DNA of 64,000 nt from a virus (lineage: Duplodnaviria > Heunggongvirae > Uroviricota > Caudoviricetes). A program made the position numbers and the translations under genes. Under the pieces are notes generated by a model that was not told the DNA's origin, did no database searches, and saw only the letters and a list, made by a program, of their open reading frames with translations. Within the stretch, counting starts at the first letter, position 1. Every line of letters begins with the position of its first letter. The stretch spans positions 64,001 to 128,000 of IMG/VR virus record IMGVR_UViG_3300037424_000495; one strand, written 5' to 3'. Positions 18,793-28,277 of the stretch are shown here, one piece after another.

Positions 18793-20085
18793 ATGAAAAA
18801 GACTACAAATAAAGGCGAAATAAGCCTCGCCCGGTTTGAAATACTGGGTTTGGACAAAGAAACTCGACTCCGCTGGAAAAGTCTCGCCGATACAGTTAAA
18901 CGCATGACGAATTGTTTCTATCGCACTTGGCTTGTCTGCCACACGCAAGCAGGAAATGATATAAAAATCCGTGAATACATTGCAGCCATCGGTCAGTGGC
19001 ATAAGAACGGTGCCAAAGGTACTAAACCGCAATGTGAGGTGAAATGCTTGACGCCTGAAATAACGGCGTCTATCCGTAAAGCACTTGCAAATTATTCCAC
19101 CGTCAACACACGTTGTCTTGATCTTGCAATGCAACTTTTAGGGCGACGCTTAACGACATTAAAAGCCAGTAAAAGCAATTATCCACGCTGGATACGGATA
19201 CTTGCTGATGAAGGCGAGTATCCTAATTCAAGTTCACCGCTACCGATTCCATTTGATAAGAAGAATGCCGAATTGCTACCGCCCATTGACAACGAAGATT
19301 TCCAATTCAAACTCCGAATCGATAGACTCAACCGCCCCGGCAAAATGGCAACCAGTACGCTGGATACTTTTAAATTAAAAACCCGAGGACGACAAGTTGC
19401 CAGTCAAACCGCCATTCTCTGGAAAATTGCGTCCGGGGAGTATGATTTTTGCGGTTCAAATCTTGTCTATAAAGAGGCTAATAATAAATGGTTTTTACAC
19501 ATTTGTTACCGACAGCCCGCCACAACTACTGCGGCATTAAATCAAGATAAAATCGCATTCCTACATGCAGGATTAAAACAACCCTGGCGACTACGAATTG
19601 CCGGCTATAAATTTTCAGTTGGCGGCCCGACCGGCCAGCACATTGCATATATACGCCGGCAACTATTAACAAGCCGCTGGGGGCGACAGGAAAATACACG
19701 CTATACAAGTTCCTCTGTCCGTGGGCATGGCGTAGACCGTGCTATGAAACCACTCCATTTGCCACGTTTAAAAATGCGTTGGCGGGATGCTGTAAAAACC
19801 TGTAACCAACAAATGGTCGCCAACGTGATTAGACTGTGTCAAGAAAAACAATGTGGCCAATTAGTTTATTTTCAACCCGCCGAATCGAGACGTGACACAC
19901 GCTTCTTGCATCTCGCAGGCAAAATTCCAGACCGCCATGACAGTACGAGTTGGGATTGGTATCAAGTACAAAACATGTTGTCTATTAAATGTAAAGCGGC
20001 TGGAATTGAGTTAATTGTACATAAAATTGGCGAGAAAAACATCGATTTTTCAGATAAAAAATCACCACAACTCGCAGCCGCATAA
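18793..20085 (+). CDS. Cas12f/TnpB-like type V effector, predicted nuclease-dead and C-terminally truncated
   Basis: Adjacent to array; RuvC-I-like IAFLHAGLKQP (H258 at the Asp position), RuvC-II-like CGQLVYFQP (F360 at the Glu position), WDWYQVQNML..KCKAAGI, then a stop before the Zn finger and RuvC-III. Confidence 0.8.
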   Translation: MKKTTNKGEISLARFEILGLDKETRLRWKSLADTVKRMTNCFYRTWLVCHTQAGNDIKIREYIAAIGQWHKNGAKGTKPQCEVKCLTPEITASIRKALANYSTVNTRCLDLAMQLLGRRLTTLKASKSNYPRWIRILADEGEYPNSSSPLPIPFDKKNAELLPPIDNEDFQFKLRIDRLNRPGKMATSTLDTFKLKTRGRQVASQTAILWKIASGEYDFCGSNLVYKEANNKWFLHICYRQPATTTAALNQDKIAFLHAGLKQPWRLRIAGYKFSVGGPTGQHIAYIRRQLLTSRWGRQENTRYTSSSVRGHGVDRAMKPLHLPRLKMRWRDAVKTCNQQMVANVIRLCQEKQCGQLVYFQPAESRRDTRFLHLAGKIPDRHDSTSWDWYQVQNMLSIKCKAAGIELIVHKIGEKNIDFSDKKSPQLAAA

Positions 20086-20102
20086 CACCTTAACACTTTA
20101 TC

Positions 20103-21118
20103 ATTGTAGTTGACCCTAATTTGAAATGAAACAACAAGTCTAAGCGACTACATTGCAAAACGCTATGTATTGTAGTTGACCCTAATTTGAAATGAAACAA
20201 CAAGTGTATATTGATAATAGAGGGTGTTAAAGGCATTGTAGTTGACCCTAATTTGAAATGAAACAACAAGGACAGAGGGCGTAAGCGGCGGATGCTTTCA
20301 ATTGTAGTTGACCCTAATTTGAAATGAAACAACAAGATATACAGTAAAAAAATTTATAGTAGAGAATTGTAGTTGACCCTAATTTGAAATGAAACAACAA
20401 GTGTATATTGATAATAGAGGGTGTTAAAGGCATTGTAGTTGACCCTAATTTGAAATGAAACAACAAGGACAGAGGGCGTAAGCGGCGGATGCTTTCAATT
20501 GTAGTTGACCCTAATTTGAAATGAAACAACAAGATTTAAGCAACCGTCAAACCACGAATATAATTGTAGTTGATCCTAATTTGAAATGAAACAACAAGGC
20601 GAAGCCTTAACACGACTAGCGGCCCTAGATTGTAGTTGATCCTAATTTGAAATGAAACAACAAGGACTGGATTGCGTGCGTCTTTGAGGCCGTCATTGTA
20701 GTTGACCCTAATTTGAAATGAAACAACAAGAAACTTCTCGGTCGCGTGCGTCAAGAGTTATTGTAGTTGATCCTAATTTGAAATGAAACAACAAGTAACT
20801 GTTGGACAACCACGGCGCTATCTGGATTGTAGTTGATCCTAATTTGAAATGAAACAACAAGTACAGGAGACTTGAATCATGGTGGCTTCACATTGTAGTT
20901 GATCCTAATTTGAAATGAAACAACAAGGTGGCCCTTCTTTGTCCGCAGTAACGGATTGTAGTTGATCCTAATTTGAAATGAAACAACAAGGACTGCATTA
21001 CAGTCGGCTTTTCTATTTTGATTGTAGTTGATCCTAATTTGAAATGGAACAACAAGATGCAAAACTACATACGATTGGTACAAATATCACAGTTGACCCT
21101 AATTTGAAATGAACAACG
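20103..21118 (+). CRISPR. CRISPR array: 16 repeats (36 bp, last degenerate), 15 spacers of 27-30 bp
   Basis: Repeat ATTGTAGTTGA(C/T)CCTAATTTGAAATGAAACAACAAG; first repeat 17 bp after the cas stop codon. Confidence 0.98.
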
Positions 21119-21223
21119 TCTGTTCCCTTTGTCACCGCCCATTGAAAACAAAACGTAAATTTTGTGCTGACTGCGGCGCACCTAAGTTACGTCATTTTAC
21201 TGAACGCTTAAAGGAGACTTTAA

Positions 21224-21712
21224 ATGAATGTGAAAGAAATAAAACAACAAAGTTACAAGCAGCAGTTACTCGAATGCTTGGCACTCCGTCAACAGGGTGG
21301 GAAGAGCGCATACAAACGCGCTAAGATTCTTCTATTTGTCTACAACGACAATGATTTTCGTCTCGACCACAATAACTTTGACGACGACAAATTGGCTAAT
21401 ATCCTCGATACATACGTCGAAGATTTAGCGATACGTTTTTGGCATCTTAAAGCTCTACTTGAATACTTTCCCGACGAGCACCAATGGGCCGAAGGCCGGC
21501 TACGCTCCATGCTCGAAGAAATGCAAACCGCACAAGATGTTCAGCAAACAAAACCTATTCAACGGCGTAAAACAGCAACAGTCGCGGAGGTCGAAGCACT
21601 TAAAAAGCAACTTACACACGAAAAAGCCCGCTGCCAACGCCTGTTAAAAGAAAACATAGCGTTACGTGAAGAAAACCAACAACTCAAACAGCGTCTTAAA
21701 AAAGCGGCTTAA
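21224..21712 (+). CDS. Coiled-coil hypothetical protein
   Basis: AAGGAG RBS; C-terminal heptads. Confidence 0.65.
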   Translation: MNVKEIKQQSYKQQLLECLALRQQGGKSAYKRAKILLFVYNDNDFRLDHNNFDDDKLANILDTYVEDLAIRFWHLKALLEYFPDEHQWAEGRLRSMLEEMQTAQDVQQTKPIQRRKTATVAEVEALKKQLTHEKARCQRLLKENIALREENQQLKQRLKKAA

Positions 21713-21731
21713 TAATTCGAGAAAAGTAACA

Positions 21732-22007
21732 ATGATTCTTGCTTGTCAGTATTGTGGTGGTCTTGAAGTCGCAATTATTGCGGGCCTCATTGCTGTTTGG
21801 GGTTGGGTCAGTTGGATATGCGCCCGGCTATTCAAGCGTCGTAAGAAACCACCCACCATAATACCACAAGACTGCTTACAAGAAGGCACCTGGGAAGACG
21901 CGATTCATAATTCATATAGCTACAATCTCACCGCACAAGCTGAAGATCGTCTAACACGACCCCGGGCTTCAATAACTATAATTGACGAAAGAGACTCATT
22001 CCAATGA
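21732..22007 (+). CDS. Membrane-anchored hypothetical protein
   Basis: N-terminal TM segment. Confidence 0.5.
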   Translation: MILACQYCGGLEVAIIAGLIAVWGWVSWICARLFKRRKKPPTIIPQDCLQEGTWEDAIHNSYSYNLTAQAEDRLTRPRASITIIDERDSFQ

Positions 22008-22134
22008 ACCAGGCTGTTCAAGACTGTACCATTGCTTTGCGACAATTTAGCCACGCTGCACGTGATTGCGCAGCCATTCTTAAAAATCTGAACGCATCAC
22101 AAAACTATAAACAACAGTATCGTCGCTATTTAAA

Positions 22135-22368
22135 ATGGCTGAAACGTCGGAATTACAAACGATAATTGTAGCTTGTGCAAATTGTAAGAATGATATTCAT
22201 ACGCCGGCAGGACGGCGTATTATTTGTCTACATTGCGGCTTCGATTACGGCCACCTGTTAAACATGCCAGTCAAATTAACCATCGACCCTGATCGAATAA
22301 TCGACGGGCCAACTGAATATAGCTTAACGTATGCCTTGAATTTAATAACTGAGTGTCTAGCTACATAA
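22135..22368 (+). CDS. Small Zn-ribbon protein
   Basis: CANC...CLHC. Confidence 0.5.
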   Translation: MAETSELQTIIVACANCKNDIHTPAGRRIICLHCGFDYGHLLNMPVKLTIDPDRIIDGPTEYSLTYALNLITECLAT

Positions 22369-22372
22369 AATT

Positions 22373-22651
22373 ATGAAATTTGCTTATCGTCCATCAGTCG
22401 ATCAATACGACGAACTGTGTGAAGACCTAATTGACAAAGACAATGGCCACATCACCGTTTGCCGTGAGGTTGAAGAAGCATATCAAAATCTAATTCTTGC
22501 CGCGCCTCGTGGTCTAGAACTTGCCGAAGAAATTCTACGAACCTGTGATCCTACAACCGGTCGAATACTGAGTGATATAACACGGCGCGAAATCGAACCC
22601 ATTAGAAAACTAGCAGAAGCATTTCTAGTCCAAGTAAAAGGTTTACAATGA
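22373..22651 (+). CDS. Hypothetical protein
   Basis: ATGA overlap with rtcB. Confidence 0.55.
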   Translation: MKFAYRPSVDQYDELCEDLIDKDNGHITVCREVEEAYQNLILAAPRGLELAEEILRTCDPTTGRILSDITRREIEPIRKLAEAFLVQVKGLQ

Positions 22652-23796
22652 ATACCGTCACCACGGAACAAATTCCAATCAAACTTTGGCTTGACGACAT
22701 TGAAGACGGAGCTATGGCCCAATGTCGCAATCTAGCCAACCTTCCTTTCGCCTTTTCCCATGTTGCCATCATGCCGGATTCGCATCAAGGTTACGGTATG
22801 CCAATCGGCGGTGTTTTAGCTACACGCGACGTTATTATTCCAAATGCAGTCGGAGTTGATATTGGTTGTGGCATGTGTGCAGTGAAAACATCACTGACTG
22901 ACATCGATGTTACACACCTAAAAAGAATTTTAGGTGAAATCCGCAAAACAATTCCGGTTGGTTTCGCACACCACGCAACACCGCAAGATGCCGCTTTCAT
23001 GCCTAGCCACGCAAAAATGTCTATCTTCACTGTCTGCGGGCATCAATTTGAAAACGCTCGCACACAGATTGGTACACTAGGCGGTGGCAACCATTTTATT
23101 GAAATCCAAAAAGGCTCTGACGGGCATATCTGGATCATGATCCATTCGGGTTCCCGTAATCTAGGGAAACAAGTAGCCGATTGGTACAATAAACTTGCAA
23201 TAGAATTCAATGAAAAATGGCACACTAAAGTTCCGAAAGAATGGGAACTTGCTTTTCTTCCTTACACTACAGATGTTTGTCGGGATTATCTCAATGATAT
23301 GCAGTTTTGTGTAAACTTTGCGTTTGCAAATCGCAAGTTAATGATGGATCGAATTTGTGATATTTTCCAATGTACTACTGATCCAATGATAAACATTGCG
23401 CATAACTATGTGGCTCTTGAACGTCATTTTGGACGAGATGTTTGGGTCCATCGTAAAGGTGCGACACTTGCCAGTGAAGGAACAATAGGACTGATCCCCG
23501 GTTCCCAAGGCACAGCGTCGTATGTTGTAAAAGGTAAAGGAAACATTCATTCCTTCCGGTCCTGTTCACACGGAGCAGGGCGTAAGATGGGCCGTAAAGA
23601 AGCCCAACGGACTTTGAATCTTGCTGACGAGCAAAAGAAACTCGACGATCTAGGAATTCTTCACGCTATCAGAGGCTCAGATGATTTAGATGAAGCGAGT
23701 GGAGCCTATAAAGATATCAATGTTGTCATGAAGAATCAAGAAGACCTAGTTGACATCATCACCGAACTGCGGCCTTTGGCAGTTATCAAAGGCTAA
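22648..23796 (+). CDS. rtcB: RtcB RNA 2',3'-cyclic phosphate/5'-OH ligase
   Basis: MPDSHQGYGMPIG, PNAVGVDIGCG, GTLGGGNHFIE, HSGSR, HNY, HRKGAT, HGAGR, DEASGAYK. Confidence 0.96.
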   Translation: MNTVTTEQIPIKLWLDDIEDGAMAQCRNLANLPFAFSHVAIMPDSHQGYGMPIGGVLATRDVIIPNAVGVDIGCGMCAVKTSLTDIDVTHLKRILGEIRKTIPVGFAHHATPQDAAFMPSHAKMSIFTVCGHQFENARTQIGTLGGGNHFIEIQKGSDGHIWIMIHSGSRNLGKQVADWYNKLAIEFNEKWHTKVPKEWELAFLPYTTDVCRDYLNDMQFCVNFAFANRKLMMDRICDIFQCTTDPMINIAHNYVALERHFGRDVWVHRKGATLASEGTIGLIPGSQGTASYVVKGKGNIHSFRSCSHGAGRKMGRKEAQRTLNLADEQKKLDDLGILHAIRGSDDLDEASGAYKDINVVMKNQEDLVDIITELRPLAVIKG

Positions 23797-23797
23797 C

Positions 23798-23968
23798 ATG
23801 AAAATTGTCAAACGAGAAAATGGCTACTGGGTAACAGATTTTCCACTTGACGGCTGTCTTGATTGTGGACCATACGAAACTAAGACCCAGGCGGAAGAAA
23901 CACAGCGCGGATTACAACGAACATTTGACCATTGGGACGATAGAAAATACTGGACTGTTGAGAAATGA
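23798..23968 (+). CDS. Small hypothetical protein
   Basis: In operon chain. Confidence 0.5.
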   Translation: MKIVKRENGYWVTDFPLDGCLDCGPYETKTQAEETQRGLQRTFDHWDDRKYWTVEK

Positions 23969-24183
23969 AAATCAAGTTCGAGGAGCTAAAAGTCTTCTTA
24001 AAAGAGCACTGGAGACTTGAATTAAGACGGGCTGATCCAACACTCAAGGGACGATGTCGTTGTGGCGGTGCATGGAAATCTGGCTTTATTATTGAAGGTA
24101 TTTTACCTGGTTATCGACACTCCACATATCGTTTCAGAACATTGAAAGAAATAGCTCGACGCTCAAAATATAAAATCAAATAA
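23965..24183 (+). CDS. Small hypothetical protein
   Basis: ATGA overlap. Confidence 0.55.
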   Translation: MKIKFEELKVFLKEHWRLELRRADPTLKGRCRCGGAWKSGFIIEGILPGYRHSTYRFRTLKEIARRSKYKIK

Positions 24184-24189
24184 ACACAA

Positions 24190-24690
24190 ATGCCTTATCG
24201 ATTCCACCGTTGTCAGACACATCCGAAAATTCCCGACATGCAGGGTTGGTATCTCGAACTACGCCCCGACGATCCAGAAACACTCATGAAGATTCATCGC
24301 GGGGTAGCCGCTCTCTACTTTGTCAAATTCGGCCAAGGCCCGCACTTTAAAGATAATCCACATTACTCCTGGAGTAAACTCGCGGCTCAGTGGCTCGTAA
24401 GTGTTGAACGACTGCTATGGTCCGGCCCAGTCTTCGTCAATGAAAACGGTGGTATATTACCGGCTGATTCCATTATTAGTCTTGAAGTTGTTGAATCCGA
24501 ACACATTGATTGGGACGTAAGGTACGAGGACGAAGTCATCACAATCGCCCGTTGGCCAGAGGGGAATCACTACTACCTAGCATCTAACAAACATCGTATC
24601 TTCGTGCCCGATAAATATAATCACTATGCGGATGCTCGTAACACCGCACTTCGCTTTGTGACGGCAGATAGAATAAAAGGCAACTGTTAA
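24190..24690 (+). CDS. Hypothetical protein
   Basis: In operon chain. Confidence 0.6.
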   Translation: MPYRFHRCQTHPKIPDMQGWYLELRPDDPETLMKIHRGVAALYFVKFGQGPHFKDNPHYSWSKLAAQWLVSVERLLWSGPVFVNENGGILPADSIISLEVVESEHIDWDVRYEDEVITIARWPEGNHYYLASNKHRIFVPDKYNHYADARNTALRFVTADRIKGNC

Positions 24691-24692
24691 CC

Positions 24693-24929
24693 ATGACAAA
24701 AGATGATTTAATAGTCGGTCATGTATATTCCGCAAAGAGATCAAAACGTGACTTCTTTGGTTTCTTAAATGACCGACAAATAAAGTGGATAGGAGGCGAC
24801 ATGATTCAATATGATTCGCCCACTGTAGCAATGGGCAGGCACTACCCTAAAATTACAATGGAGAAATTCTTAAAATGGGCCAAAGAAGATGTGACAAAGA
24901 TAATGCCAGAAGGAGAATGGCGAACGTGA
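24693..24929 (+). CDS. Hypothetical protein
   Basis: In operon chain. Confidence 0.6.
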   Translation: MTKDDLIVGHVYSAKRSKRDFFGFLNDRQIKWIGGDMIQYDSPTVAMGRHYPKITMEKFLKWAKEDVTKIMPEGEWRT

Positions 24930-24963
24930 TGCACTAAAACACATTCCCCAGACTGAAATACTT

Positions 24964-25638
24964 TTATTCAAATTCATAAGAAGGAGGGATATTTTTATTT
25001 TCAATATCAGCCCCCTTAATATATTTAATTCTATCTACCAAACCTCCACACGAGTTAATGTAGATGCTTTTGTCATCACACCAGCGAATACGTTTTTCAA
25101 CTTTTTTCACTGCAATGTCTCTGGGTTCCGTCCAAAGCACGTCTGATTTATCTACAACCACAATTGCAGCATAGGTAAATAAATCATTCTCATTGTAATC
25201 TCTAGGCTCAGGTCGGAATGCGGCTTTATCCCCTGTAACGCCCAAATAAGGCGTATAATTCAATTCTTTTGAGTCCATAGTCCACAAAATCGAATTCGGC
25301 ATTGGTTGCACAGGCTTGCATTTAGGCCCTTTAGGATCAACATAATAAAAAGGAACCGTTTGTGCCACCTTTAAATTGTGTGGACTGTTCCAAGGTTCAT
25401 CCAATTTGAATTTCTTGTAAAGAGCTAATTCTGTGCTTGATCCATACTGAAGCAAATCTACACGCCAACTCAATAGTGGATTGCCTTCCCTATCTGTGAT
25501 GTTGGCTGGCATTTTTCCATTTACATGCAAATAATCATTCATTGATATGCTGATAAAACCAAGATGTTTACGGTCTTCATTTTCAGCATTCTTACACCCA
25601 CAAACAAAAAGACACAATAGTAATAGAAACTTTTTCAA
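24964..25638 (-). CDS. DUF1559-like planctomycete lipoprotein
   Basis: Lipobox-like signal; PLLSWRV.LL...LYKKFKLDEPWNSPHN; W.EP.DI. Confidence 0.75.
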   Translation of the reverse strand: MKKFLLLLCLFVCGCKNAENEDRKHLGFISISMNDYLHVNGKMPANITDREGNPLLSWRVDLLQYGSSTELALYKKFKLDEPWNSPHNLKVAQTVPFYYVDPKGPKCKPVQPMPNSILWTMDSKELNYTPYLGVTGDKAAFRPEPRDYNENDLFTYAAIVVVDKSDVLWTEPRDIAVKKVEKRIRWCDDKSIYINSCGGLVDRIKYIKGADIENKNIPPSYEFE

Positions 25639-25639
25639 T

Positions 25640-27748
25640 TTATAGGCTCCTATCCAATACTAAATCAACACCACGAATCCAATCATCGGAACTGATCTTT
25701 TCAGTCTTTGAATTATTTGAGCGAATTTGAATATCTGCGGCCAAAATATCAGATTCAAAAATTGGATCAAATAAATTATCGACTTTATTCACCGTGACAA
25801 ATTTATACGCCACAAGTTTAATTGAAGCCACAGACTCCATTTGAAAAGTAGTCTTTGGTTTTGATGATTCATTTTGAATCAAAGATTGGGATAATGTATT
25901 TACTGGCCAAATTAAATTTGTTTGGGCACAAAATTGTGTCGGTTGCCATTCATCATGTCTAACAATAATTGTGCAAACATAAATAACCAATCCTGGTCCA
26001 CGATTGACTAAGCATAAAGGTTCTACCCTCACCACTTTGGCCTCACCTTTACTATCGGCGGTTACTGTAACATATCCATCCCATGAATAATTTACTTTCT
26101 TCATTTTGCCATCAGGAATAGGATTTGTTGATGAAACACTAGTCCCCGAAAATGTATAAGGTGGGTCTGGATTATTACCTTTTACAATTCTTATTCCAGA
26201 TAAACCACCGCTTGGTGTTCCTCCTAAACCTGGGCGACTAGGATCAGCCGACGTGAATATAACACTAACCGTTACTTCATATTCAATATCGTGTTCGCTT
26301 CCGGGAGCCATTCCTGTTGCCCAAGCCTGGATTTCACCGCCGGATTTACTGCCTCCAACAGTATTGCATGTATAACCATTGGTGCCAAATAGCATTACAA
26401 CAACTTGATGAGTACCAACAGGTCCGCCTTCTTGACCTATTTTTACCTTCTTTAAGTCTTCATCGTATCCACTTGCATCACCGGCCGGTTGACCAAAATC
26501 ACCAGTTGCACACCCGCCGGAAATATCCGCGCCCGCCGCTGAATATGGATTAGTCCCTTTTGTAGTGTGAAATCTAGCCCTAACAGGATTAGTCGGTTCG
26601 CCTGCTTGTGCATAATTTCCATTTAAAGATTCTAGTGGAGGTTCATCCAAAATATAAACTATATCATCATACAAGGTTACATCTGCCGCTGAATAAACAT
26701 TTTGATACAAATAAATGTACTCATATTCTGTTGGAATAATTCTATTTGTTATTTCCAATTGCTGCGCTTCATTCCTAGTAATTGTTCTGTCAGGAAATTC
26801 ATCTACGTTAATTGTCGATTCAGCGGTTGAACCTTGACTTGATGTAGATACAACTAATTCGGCTGTTCCTGGAACAATACTATCAATACTTCCACTACCG
26901 TAAGTAGTGTTAGTAATTGCATCAATGAAATTATTTCCCATAAACGTCGTTCGACTTGTCGCGGTTTCATTCCATGCTACACTTTGATAATCTTGTTCCC
27001 CTGCAATCATTTCTCCAAAGCGATTACGATAAATTGTCAATTCAGTTGGTGTTTCGTGTTCAGTATCAGTATCGGAATGTGGCGGTGCAGGATCACCACG
27101 CGAAACAATACTGCCATTAACCGAACTAACATAGGGAAAAAGAACAGTATCCCCACCAACAATTGTTTCTGTGCTACGCCAAGCATTTTTAAGGTCAGGC
27201 GGATCAGTGCAAACAAGTGTTGGAGTATTGACTGTAGATAAATTTGGCAAAGCATCGCTGTTGTAAGTTAATATGCCACCATCCATTGTGGCTAACATAC
27301 CTGCCGGGTCGGGTGTTATGCCCGCTGGAGGTCCAACTGGTATTGGTGCGATCACCACTTTAGAACCTGCCCCTATGGTCAAGGTATTTTGGCAAATTGA
27401 TGTAGCGGTTAAAGTGCCGGATACAATCAGATTGCCAGTGCCGAATATAGGTCCGATGGTTTTGTCGCCACCTGTGACATTCAATGCACCGTTATTGATT
27501 GCATTCTTAATGCTGATATTCTCAACCGGATTTCCCGTAAGTTGAATCAGATTGATCGTGGCATCCGATTCTATGGTCAAATTTTCTACAGAAATAAAAT
27601 TAGCCGTCAAGTTTCCGCCGTCCACCGTGATAGCACTTGGATCAACCGGATAGGTAAGAGACAACAATGTCCGATCTTCCAATTGATCGAAGTATAATTT
27701 CCGACTGCGGGATATACTTGCCACCTTACGTTTTTTAGAAAACCACAT
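25640..27748 (-). CDS. Secreted surface protein with planctomycete-type N-terminal export motif
   Basis: RSRKLYFDQLEDRTLLS; S/T/G-rich beta-type segment QNTLTIGAGSKVVIAPIP. Confidence 0.75.
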   Translation of the reverse strand: MWFSKKRKVASISRSRKLYFDQLEDRTLLSLTYPVDPSAITVDGGNLTANFISVENLTIESDATINLIQLTGNPVENISIKNAINNGALNVTGGDKTIGPIFGTGNLIVSGTLTATSICQNTLTIGAGSKVVIAPIPVGPPAGITPDPAGMLATMDGGILTYNSDALPNLSTVNTPTLVCTDPPDLKNAWRSTETIVGGDTVLFPYVSSVNGSIVSRGDPAPPHSDTDTEHETPTELTIYRNRFGEMIAGEQDYQSVAWNETATSRTTFMGNNFIDAITNTTYGSGSIDSIVPGTAELVVSTSSQGSTAESTINVDEFPDRTITRNEAQQLEITNRIIPTEYEYIYLYQNVYSAADVTLYDDIVYILDEPPLESLNGNYAQAGEPTNPVRARFHTTKGTNPYSAAGADISGGCATGDFGQPAGDASGYDEDLKKVKIGQEGGPVGTHQVVVMLFGTNGYTCNTVGGSKSGGEIQAWATGMAPGSEHDIEYEVTVSVIFTSADPSRPGLGGTPSGGLSGIRIVKGNNPDPPYTFSGTSVSSTNPIPDGKMKKVNYSWDGYVTVTADSKGEAKVVRVEPLCLVNRGPGLVIYVCTIIVRHDEWQPTQFCAQTNLIWPVNTLSQSLIQNESSKPKTTFQMESVASIKLVAYKFVTVNKVDNLFDPIFESDILAADIQIRSNNSKTEKISSDDWIRGVDLVLDRSL

Positions 27749-27959
27749 AGATTCCGCCCTTTCTATTCATGGTCACAGGAAAAGCAACCCAATAATGTTG
27801 ACGCTACAATCGGACTTTATTTTGACACTGCTCTTTTGAATGTCAATACACCCCCTCCCTTCAGAGTGTTGTTACCAAAATAGTGTAAACACCCCACTAA
27901 ATCCAATTCGTACCCTGGAATTTGATAGAAAGACCGGAGAAAACAATAGAAAGCAGACA

Positions 27960-28277
27960 CTACTGTGCTGTTACGCGGTAGATCGCATTCCCGGAAGTTA
28001 GAACTTCGTAGACCTTGACGATTGGCACGCCGCTGCTCGTGCTCGAATGAATACGAACCTTGTAACAGCCGTGTGAATTATCCACTATTTCATACTCTGT
28101 CACAGCATAGAATGTGACCCGAGGTGGCATCCCTTCGCCCTTGATCCAATACTCAAGACCGTCGCCGCCCTTACGCAACGCTTCCAGCCATGAATACACC
28201 GCCTTATCAGTCTGATCCTCAGATCGACACGCTGGGTAGAATACTAGGCAGCACGCCAACAACAAACAGTATTTCAT
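27960..28277 (-). CDS. Secreted/lipoprotein hypothetical
   Basis: Signal peptide; ATGA overlap. Confidence 0.6.
   Translation of the reverse strand: MKYCLLLACCLVFYPACRSEDQTDKAVYSWLEALRKGGDGLEYWIKGEGMPPRVTFYAVTEYEIVDNSHGCYKVRIHSSTSSGVPIVKVYEVLTSGNAIYRVTAQ

Noticed and set aside
18793-20085. IS200/IS605 TnpB transposon or Cas12k-type CAST
   Set aside because: No tnpA or tnsBCQ genes or transposon ends are visible; the array and anti-repeat argue for a CRISPR effector.
20090-21083. Minus-strand ORFs with repeating LLFHFKLGST / VVSFQIR peptides
   Set aside because: Translation artefacts of the CRISPR repeats.
21109-21324. 71-aa CxxC ORF starting in the degenerate last repeat
   Set aside because: No RBS, and it overlaps the better supported ORF at 21224 by about 100 bp.
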